Assembly (NCBI RefSeq): GCF_006345805.1
Contig: NW_021827749.1
Location: 1 to 9,500, forward strand
From: Octopus sinensis
Taxonomy: Eukaryota
Length of the DNA stretch: 9,500 nucleotides
Reading direction: 5' to 3'
The notes beneath the pieces are model-generated. The model had not been told where the DNA came from and did not search any database. It saw only the letters and a list, made by a program, of their open reading frames with translations. Position 1 is the first letter of the stretch, and every line of letters begins with the position of its first letter. Both the position numbers and the translations under genes were made by a program. This document shows, one piece after another, positions 1 through 7,736 of this stretch.

Positions 1-561
1 GCGTGCCTCCCTTACTTTAAACGTCCCGCTCCGTTTAAAAGAAAACCATCGTGAGCAAGAATAAATTTTAAATTAAAATGTATTAATACCGTTATTAATG
101 GTATTAGTAAGGTAATAATAAGGAGGTCAGCAAGTTCACACCGTTACAGGTACAATATATGGCAAATTTAGAATCAGTAGGGTATATAATACCATTTACT
201 ACAATCAGAGCCAAGGTACCAAACTACCATAAACCTCACAATAAAGATACATATGAGAAATGTTGACTATGTATATATAGCTGACCGGAAGTTGTTCCTC
301 TTCGATTATGATCGTAAACAGCAGTAGTTTTCTTCAACCGAATACACGTCGTTGATTGGTTGAAATTATCCAAATACGACAACTTTAACACGTATATAAC
401 TTCTAAAATAGGAAATTTTGTCAAAAACATTCAGAAATTCTACCAGTATACTATGTTTCAAACTGTTTAGTTAAAAACAAAAATTAATTAAAAATTCTGT
501 GATTGAGATGGAATAGATCCTTTCTTCTAGACAGAAGAGATAGGGAGAAAGAAAGAAAGAA

Positions 562-564
<3 letters not shown>

Positions 565-606
<42 letters not shown>
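565..606. repeat. (AG)21 microsatellite
   Basis: Perfect AG dinucleotide run 565-606, preceded by (GAAA)n-like sequence at about 547-562. Confidence 0.97.
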
Positions 607-610
<4 letters not shown>

Positions 611-714
611 GTACTGGTGTGGTATTTTATTTTTAAAAGTCCGAGAGAACTGAAAGGCAAATTTGACCTCGTTTTCATTTGAACTAAGAGTGCAGAACCA
701 GAATAATTCAGTGA

Positions 715-726
715 ATCTATCTATCA

Positions 727-780
<54 letters not shown>

Positions 781-787
781 ATGCCTG

Positions 788-850
<63 letters not shown>

Positions 851-889
851 GTCTGTCTGTCTATCTATCTATTTATCTATCTATCTATC
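715..889. repeat. (TATC)n / (TGTC)n tetranucleotide microsatellite
   Basis: ATCT repeats with a few GTCT variant units; translates as the YLSI repeat in ORF 663..1181. Confidence 0.96.
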
Positions 890-919
890 AGTTTGCCTGT
901 TTAACTCTGCGTCTGTCTA

Positions 920-1500
920 TACCGCCTTCCATCCCTTCCCTTTTCTTCCCATAATGTCTTTCTCACTTATTCTCCCATTTATTTCTCCTACTCCCCGGAT
1001 ATTTTTCTCCATTTACACTCTTCCCTTCCTAAACACTTTAGTTCGCTTCCATGTCTCATCCCCCACTTACAACACACACACTCTCTCTCTCTCTCTCTCT
1101 CTTCTCTCACACACATTTCTCTTTCTCTCTCCCTCTCCCCACTCTCCCTCTCAATCCATCCACATATTTCCGAGTATATAACTATCTTTTGCCTCTTTTC
1201 TTTCTCTAACTCTCATTTCACATGTCCCTCTTCGTTCCTCTTACGATCCCTTAGAACGACATCGATATTTCTATATCCTACCTTATATATTCCTACCCCA
1301 TTTGTCTCTCTTCCAAGGTTTGCTAACATTTCTCTTTCTCACATTCACTTTTTCTTCCTTTCTAGCAGCTCTCCATAAATCTTTTTCACTCTCTAGCAAC
1401 ATATCTGTCTTTACAACGACTTCTTATCACTATTTCAGTCATTATAAATCTTTTTTTACTAGACCCATTTCTGAATATATTACGCTCTGTTTGTTTGTTT
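920..1500. repeat. Pyrimidine-rich low-complexity tract including (AC)n/(CT)n at about 1071-1140
   Basis: Strong C/T skew on the + strand with short CT and CA runs. Confidence 0.75.
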
Positions 1501-1524
1501 TTTAACGATATCTCCTTATATGTA

Positions 1525-1687
1525 GGCGCAGGAGTGGCTGTGTGGTAAGTAGCTTGTTTACCAACCACATGGTTCCGGGTTCAGTCCCACAGCGTGGCAC
1601 CTTGGGCAAGTGTCTTCTACTATAGCCTCGGGGCCGACCAAAGCCTTATGAGTGGATTTGGTAGACGGAAACTGAAAGAAGCCCGTC

Positions 1688-1732
<45 letters not shown>

Positions 1733-1861
1733 GATATATTATATATATATATATATATAATATTAATTAGAGACAAAACCACCATTATGCAAATCAAACA
1801 AAGAAGACTTAATCCCATACATAAAAATTTTAATATAAATTAAATAAAATTAAATAAAATT

Positions 1862-1900
<39 letters not shown>

Positions 1901-2108
1901 TGTGTGGTGGTTGGTGTGTCTCCCCCTAGCATTGCTTGACAACCGATGCTGGTGTGTTTATGTCCCCGTCACTTAGCGGTTCGGCAAATAAGACCGATAG
2001 AATAAGTACTGGGCTTACAAAAGAATAAGTCCAGGGGGTCGAGTTACTCGATTAAAGGCAGTGCTCCAGCATGGCCGCAGTTAAATGACTGAAACAAGTA
2101 AAAGAGAG
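1525..2108 (+). mobile_element. tRNA-derived SINE (octopus-like family) with internal (TA)n/(TG)n microsatellite
   Basis: Head GGCGCAGGAG-TGGCTGTGTGG (A-box-like, 1535-1545) and GGTTCAGTCCC (B-box-like, 1578-1588). Core CACCTTGGGCAAGTGTCTTCTACTATAGCC...GAAAGAAGCCCGTCG. 3' part GCTTGACAACCGATGCTGGTG...CAGCATGGCCGCAG...GACTGAAACAAGTAAAAGAG. A homologous second copy lies at 3321-3724. Possible short TSD ATATGT at 1518-1523 and 2109-2114. Confidence 0.9.
1689..1897. repeat. (TA)n arrays (1689-1759, 1867-1897) flanking a ~107-bp non-TA insertion
   Basis: TA runs on both sides of the segment TATTAATTAGAGACAAAACCACC...AAATTAAATAAAATTAATAA. Confidence 0.85.
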
Positions 2109-2164
2109 ATATGTCTTTCCTCATCATCTCCGTCATCACTATCAACCACTAAACATTACTGTCT

Positions 2165-2410
2165 CGGGACCCACGACATCGGAAGACTACGAACCAGTTA
2201 CTTGGTTTCCATAGCGTAAAAATGACTGAAATTACTTACATTCTCACTGACCAGTCCGTCGCAGAGTTTACGCTTTACAATTGAGTGGTCTGGAGCAACG
2301 TAATATGGAGTATTTTGCCCCAGAACATGGTGCACCACACGATCCAGGAACTAAAAGCTCGATATTGCGATCGTTAGAGGAACACCCTAACCACAAGAGC
2401 ACGTGCCTTC
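2165..2410 (-). mobile_element. Decayed tRNA-derived SINE of a second family (antisense)
   Basis: The reverse strand reads GAAGGCACGTG-CTCTTGTGGTTAGGGTGTT...CGATCGCAA...TAGTTCCTGG (eroded A/B boxes). It continues GGGCAAAATACT...ACGTTGCTCCAGACCACTCA and CTGCGACGGACTGG...GCTATGGAAACC. The latter resembles, from memory, the central domain of Meta/V-type SINEs. The 3' boundary is approximate. Confidence 0.7.
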
Positions 2411-2495
2411 TCTCTTTCTTTTTCCAGGACATTAAATAAAGTTTTCTTTTTTTCATTTTCTAAGAGCGTTTTTTGTAAGCGTTTTTGTTCATGGA

Positions 2496-2808
2496 CACAA
2501 TTTCAGCGTGGAAGGTGTTTGTAAGCCATTTAAGAAACACACAAAAGCCGTTCGATTCCCTTCAACATTTAAGTTTAATTTGGCAAAATATTTTCGTCGC
2601 TTTAAGACCGCGACCTGTTCACTGACAAACGGTCGCGGTCTTAAAGCGACGAAAATATTTTGACAAATCAAACTTAAATGTTGAAGTGAATCGAACGGCT
2701 TTTGTGTGTTTCTTAAATGGCTTACAAACACCTTCCACGCTGCAATTGTTTTCGCTTCAGCACACGATCTCAGACCAAATCACTTGCTATGCGAGTACAT
2801 CTCCGTAA
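2496..2808. mobile_element. TSD-flanked palindromic insertion; probable Penelope-like element pseudo-LTR fragment with inverted partial copy
   Basis: Inverted arms 2497-2615 and 2631-2749 (119 bp, 4 mismatches, 15-bp spacer), plus a unique extension 2750-2808. An exact 12-bp direct repeat TTTGTTCATGGA flanks it at 2484-2495 and 2809-2820. It contains a hammerhead-like fold. The PLE assignment is an inference. Confidence 0.75.
2579..2629 (-). ncRNA. Candidate minimal type-I hammerhead ribozyme, G3:C8 core variant
   Basis: The minus strand reads UUUGUCA-GUGAACA-G-GUCGC(GGUCUUAAA)GCGAC-GAA-AAUAUU-U-UGCCAAA. This gives helix I (7 bp, 1 mismatch), core G3UGAAC8A, helix II (5 bp), GAAA, palindromic helix III and a UH site. 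Confidence 0.5.
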
Positions 2809-2838
2809 TTTGTTCATGGAGCTAGAAATATATTTATT

Positions 2839-2840
2839 TC

Positions 2841-2883
<43 letters not shown>
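2839..2883. repeat. (TC)n microsatellite
   Basis: TC run with one A interruption. Confidence 0.95.
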
Positions 2884-2886
<3 letters not shown>

Positions 2887-2939
2887 AGTTGCGTCTACTA
2901 TAATTTGGAATTCTGTCTGTCTGTCTATTTTTCTTTCTG

Positions 2940-3160
2940 GTTAGTTAGTTAGTTAATTTTTTGGCTCAAAAAGCAAAAAGCAAGGCCATGTAGGGGGACA
3001 TGGAGTTATGTACGGGGAGAGTGTTCATGTAAAGAGTTCAGGCCACTTGAGGTCAAGGGAGACTTTGAACCTAGCGGTCGTCGGCATCTTCACCATCTCG
3101 TCTGGCAGCTTATTCCACGGATCCGCAACCCGGACGGAGAAAGCCCCTCTCCTTCGATTG
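2940..3160 (-). mobile_element. CR1/L2-group LINE 3' end (5'-truncated), with short 3'UTR and (TAAC)n tail
   Basis: The minus strand translates NRRRGAFSVRVADPWNKLPDEMVKMPTTARFKVSLDLKWPELFT*, with the stop at 3025-3027. This matches the typical CR1 ORF2 C-terminus (FS.RV...WN.LP...FK..LD). There is a 3'UTR stem-loop CCATGT/ACATGG (2986-3003) and a tail reading GTTAGTTAGTTAGTTA on + at 2940-2955. Confidence 0.85.
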
Positions 3161-3320
3161 ACAAAATCTCTTTCCGTTAATCCAACCATCTGTATCTGTG
3201 TTTGCCTCTTCTGTCTTCCATAAATTATCTCCGTGTTTCCATAACGTTCAGCTCATTCATTTTTGTCGTCAGTGTTGTCGTTTAGCAAGCACCACTTTAG
3301 TTCTGGCTGTGCAAACCTTT

Positions 3321-3724
3321 GTGGCTGTGTGATAAGAAGTTTGCTTCCAAACCACAAGGTTCTGAGTTCAGTCCCACTGCGCGCCACCTTGGGCAAGTGT
3401 CTTCTACTATAGCCTGAGGCTGACCAAAGCCTTGTGAGTGGATTTGGTAGATGGAAACTGAAAGAAGCTCGTTGTATGTGGTGTGTGTGTGTGTGTGTGT
3501 GTCTTTGCTTTTGTGTTTCTCCCCCCCCCCCCCCCGTCACCAATTGACTACCGGTGTTGGTGTGTTTTCGCCCCCGTAACTTACCAGTTCGGCAAAAGAA
3601 TCCGCTAGAATAAGTATCAGGATTTTTTTTTTAAAATCAGTCGATTCATTCGACTACGAATTCTTCAAGGCATTGCTCTAGCATGGCCGCAGCCAAAAAG
3701 CTGAAACAAGTAAAAACAAAAGAT
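3321..3724 (+). mobile_element. tRNA-derived SINE, second and more diverged copy of the 1525-2108 family
   Basis: GTGGCTGTGTGATAAG...GAGTTCAGTCCC...CACCTTGGGCAAGTGTCTTCTACTATAGCC...GAAAGAAGCTCGTTG, internal (TG)n and C15 run, and 3' GCATGGCCGCAG...CTGAAACAAGTAAAAACAAAAGATAAAA. Confidence 0.88.
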
Positions 3725-3850
3725 AAAATATTAGTGATTAAAACCGTCCTCCTTTGGGTATTGGGTATCTGGAAACAGCTTAGTCCGATGGTCCCGTTTT
3801 ATTTTCAAGATGACAGGGTAAAATCTGGTTGAAATTTCCTCGTTTGCTCA

Positions 3851-4367
3851 TCTATATATATAAAACTGTAGTTGTGTGAGTGTCTGTCTCCTACGATTTA
3901 GATTCCTAACTCCTCCCACATTTTGCGGTGCAGTTTAACCAAATTCGGGTATCTTATAGTCGTGATTAATATCGAGCCCGTCTGGCTATTAGCGCGCGTC
4001 TACGATGAGTCTACGATTTTAAAAATAATTTAATAACATCATTTTTTATTCATTTTAATGCATAATTTTTCGTGTGTCGATGGCGGCGGAGTTGGCGTCC
4101 ACGCTCAAACACCTGCACCCGTGTTTGCTTCTCCCCCTTCTTTCCTCCCTCGTGAAGCTGTGGGGAGGGAGTGTAAGGAAATCAACGTCGTAATGCGTTG
4201 TCAGGAGACCAGCGTTCTTTTAGAACAAACGACTTCATGGCTTGAAGACACCAAAACAGAAATGGCTAAGAAAGCCCGAATTGGCATCTATAAGGAAGTA
4301 ACTCTCTAAAAATGCTTATATAGTTATTTCCCTTACAAACCCGAGCAACGCCGGGCGATACTGCTAG
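3851..4367 (+). mobile_element. Complete non-autonomous Helitron (517 bp)
   Basis: 5' end TC(TATATATATAAAA) directly after A3850. 3' end CTAG (4364-4367) followed by T4368. GC-rich hairpin CCCG(A)GC-AAC-GCCGGG at 4340-4355, 8 nt before CTAG. No TSD. These are all canonical Helitron hallmarks. Confidence 0.88.
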
Positions 4368-4575
4368 TAATTCATAAATTTATCAAGTCTTTTCCTCCAC
4401 CCCCTTTGTTCACGGAGTTACCTAATCAATACATATTTTTATTGGATTTTTAATTGGATTGTTCCTCCATTTAGACATAATTAATTACCATACTACCAAG
4501 GAAGGAATAATGTTCCTCCACTGTCACATCTGTTTAACCTCTCAATCTCCAATGACAGTATACTCGGCTCATGGA

Positions 4576-4658
<83 letters not shown>
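4576..4658. repeat. (ATCT)~20 microsatellite at the 5' junction of the LINE
   Basis: Perfect ATCT run ending immediately before GCTCGAGCCA. Confidence 0.97.
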
Positions 4659-7310
4659 GCTCGAGCCAAGTAAAATGTGTGAGGCCTTTCAGCAGCATTT
4701 TGCCCGACTGTTCGGAACGAGTGGAGGGCAAGAACGTAGGGTGGACTTCAGTGCCTACCTACATAGCCTACCACGACTCTCGACAAGAAAGGCAGGGTGC
4801 TGCGAAGGTGCCATCACGGCGGCGGAAGTGCAGGAAGCGATGGCAGAATGCTCGAGGGACAAATCACCGGGTTTGGATGGTCTACCCTACGAGCTTTACA
4901 ATTGTATGCCAGACTTGTTTGGAGATCTCTTGGCGGCGGTGTACTGCAACTGGCAGCAAAACGGGAGCATTCCTGGTTTTGTGAGCCGAGGAGCCGTAAC
5001 ACTGCTGAAGAAAGATCTAAACAAGGGAAATGTAATAGATAACTTTAGGCCCATCACTCTGCTTAATGCAGACTTGAACATTTTGGCCAAGGTGCTAGCC
5101 AAGAGGTTGGCGCTTGTCATCGAAACTGGTCGACAAGGCGCAAACGTGCGCCGTGCCAGGCCGGACCATCCATGACAACCTCCATCTGATGCGCTACATC
5201 ATAGACAGGGTAGTTAACGAACCTGGCATGGGTGGGGCCCTGATCAACTTGGATCATCGAAAGCCTTTGATAGGGTAGACCATCGATACTTGGAGGCAGT
5301 CCTGAGAGCGGCTGGTTTCGTCCCGTCTTCCGCGGCTGGATAGCTGCCTTGTACAAAGGCATCCGTTCGGTAATTCGCGTAAATGGACATCTATCGAGAC
5401 CTTTCGACATTGCACGTTCGGTCCGTCAGGGATGCCCCCTCTCGGCGCTTCTTATACGTATTGACTCTTGAGCCACTACTGCGGAAGCTGGCGACTCTAA
5501 GGGGCATCCCGCGAGAATTGGGATGCGGGACGAGCGTGTCTGCATACGCGGACGACGTCACCGTCATAGTGTCTAGCCACGAGCACATCGAGCTGGTCGG
5601 CGAGACACTGAAAACTACGAAGCGGTGACAGGAGCGAAAATCAACCGGGAAAAGTCAGTGGGCTTGCGACTAGGCACCTGGAGAAGCAAGCCCATGCCGT
5701 CCACCAGCGCCTCCGTCGTGGGACGCTGGACCGACGGCCCGGTTGAGTTGCTCGGGGTCTGGTTTGGTCCGGACCTCCAAGTGGAGAAGAACTGGAACGA
5801 GATAACGAGTATGGTTCACTCTCGCCCGGCAATGGGCCGAGAGGAAACTGTCCCTAAAAGGTCGAGCGGAGGTGGCGAACACGTACATCGCGTCCGTCAT
5901 CTACTACCGCCTGACCGTCGTACCTTGTCCCGACCCTACCATCACCAAACTACAACGCATTCTCTTTCGCTTCTTGTGGAAAGGATGCGTCCCATGGTCA
6001 GGCGATCCATTTGCTGTCAACACCCGTTAAAAGGAGGGCTGGCATGCCGTGGTTGATGATGCGCAGATACGCACTGAGACTGCGACATCTCTGGCTCTAT
6101 GTAGACGACGGTGAACAGGTGTGGTCGCCGTTTGTGAGGCACGCTTTCCCGCAGCTCGTCTCCATGACCGAACTGCAGTCGTGGATCAAAAAGAGGCCGA
6201 GGAAGGGCGAATGGCACCGCGAGTGTCGCGTTGCTCTCAAGCAACTCTGCCGTCCGGGTCGACCTTAAGTGACTTCAACACAACCAAAGCATTCTATAGG
6301 GATTTAGTGGAGGGGAGGTACGACGACGAGCTCGGGGCGAACCTGGACGTCGACGAGGAGTACCTGACCCGCCTGTTCAGGACGACTTTCGGGCCAGGGC
6401 CCATGGACACTTCCAGAAGATCCCTGGCCTGGCAGTGCTACCGAGAAGCGCTACCCGTTCGGGATAAGCTCTACAGACACGGCTCGAGAAACACGGGGCC
6501 GACCTGCCCGAGATGCGGTCAGAGCGACGAAACCGTTCTGCACGCACTCGTTCAGTGTCCAACAATTTCCGACCTGTGGCTTTTGTCGAACAACTGCTGT
6601 CATGTGTGGGACGAGTCGGTTTATCAGCTGAGTCTATCGTCAATATTGTCACGCCTCCTTCCTTCAAACGGAAGGAAGAGCTATTTTTCACATCATCATC
6701 TTGTGGCTATGGCGAAGGAATGTATCTGGTGGACGCGTTTGAAAGGATTGGAGACAAACACTTTCCTCTCTGGTCAATCTCTCATCACTTCTTCAAGTAC
6801 CACTTGAAAAGGGAAGTGAGAGTATAGAGGCAAGTTTTGTCTAGCGAATGTTTTAAAAAAAAGATGGGTGAATGTAGCAAGAATGGCACATATGAATGAC
6901 GAAGCCACCTTGAGCATAATCCTATGAACCCAGAAATTGAAAACAGAGATTTGCTTATTTGCAAAAAAAAAAAAAAAAAAAAAGAAATATAAAATGTGAC
7001 TTCATTGACCGAGGTTACCGTGGTCTTTTCCGTAGGCTTTTCTTTCCACGGTAAACCTCACCGTCCTCCCTTTACACTTCATATTGACATTTCTGTGATA
7101 ACGATCCCTATTGATCAATTTTTTTTTTCCTCTCCCCCTTTTTTTAACCCCCCCACCCTTTTTTGTCCTCTTTCTCTCCTTTTACGATCCCTTTTGATCG
7201 AAACTCCCCCCTTTCCCTTTTTTTTTTTTTTTTTTTTAAAAACCTTCAAAAGAAAGCTCTACCTTGTAATTTGTTCTATCTGTGTGCAGCCTGTGTGGCT
7301 AATAAAGAAA
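4659..7310 (+). mobile_element. 5'-truncated non-LTR retrotransposon, L1 group, Tx1-like
   Basis: ORF2 RT and zinc-knuckle remnants, then a ~380-nt 3'UTR ending AATAAAGAAA (AATAAA 7301-7306). ORF1 and the APE domain are absent. TATC arrays flank both sides. Confidence 0.88.
4660..6927 (+). pseudogene. Frameshifted ORF2 remnant (reverse transcriptase + C-terminal CCHC knuckle) of a Tx1/L1-type LINE
   Basis: Motifs: KSPGLDGLP (4861-4887), NFRPITLLNAD (5041-5073), LD(Q)SKAFDRVDH (~5248-5283), RQGCPLS (QGCPLS 5427-5444), YADD (5545-5556), GAKINREKS, LLGVWFG, and C-x2-C-x8-H-x4-C (6505-6558). There are about 13 frameshifts, one internal TAG (6825-6827) and a terminal TGA at 6925-6927. Confidence 0.92.
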
Positions 7311-7736
7311 CATATCTATCTACCTACCTACCTATTTACCTATGTATGTATGTATGTATGTAATGTATGTATCTATCTATCTGTATCTATGTTATCTATG
7401 TATGTAGCTATCTCTATCTATCTATCTATCTATCTACGCCTACCTACATATCTATCTACCTACCTACCTATCTACCTAACCTATGTATGTATGTATGTAT
7501 GTATGTAACGTATGTATGTATCTAAACTAAATCTATCTACCTACCCTACTATCTACCTATCTTATTCTATCTATCTATCTATCTATCGACCTACCCCTAC
7601 CTATCTACCTATTGTATGTATGTATGTATGTAATTGTATGTATGTAGCTATCTATCTATCTATCTATCTATCTACCTACCTACCTACCTATCTACCTACC
7701 TACCTACCTATGTATGTATGTATGTATGTATGTATG

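Noticed and set aside
84-106. 23-nt hairpin TAATACCGT-TATTA-ATGGTATTA
   Set aside because: Short AT-rich palindrome expected by chance; no associated element ends.
663-1181. 172-aa ORF
   Set aside because: Microsatellite and polypyrimidine read-through (YLSI repeats).
1241-1252. TTACGATCCCTT matching the Tx1 3'UTR motif at 7182-7193
   Set aside because: Isolated 12-mer with no flanking similarity; probably chance.
1525-1600. tRNA gene
   Set aside because: It has A/B boxes but no full cloverleaf, and continues into SINE core sequence that is repeated at 3321; it is a SINE head.
2083-2231. 12-bp direct repeat AAATGACTGAAA (2083-2094, 2220-2231) as a TSD
   Set aside because: One copy is inside the SINE tail and the other is inside the antisense SINE; they do not bracket a coherent element.
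2616-2667. Plus-strand hammerhead-like string CUGACAA...GUCGC/GCGAC-GAAA
   Set aside because: It lacks G8 (no 3:8 pair), has a 3-nt insertion before helix II and a bulged helix I. It is best explained as a by-product of the inversion.
4459-4659. N-terminal part of the 238-aa ORF as a real start for the RT protein
   Set aside because: It is flanking DNA plus (ATCT)n that happens to be in frame; LINE homology begins only at about 4660 (LEPSKMC).
6963-6983. A21 as the LINE poly(A) tail / 3' end
   Set aside because: No AATAAA precedes it, and structured UTR-like sequence continues to AATAAA at 7301; treated as internal, with some residual uncertainty.
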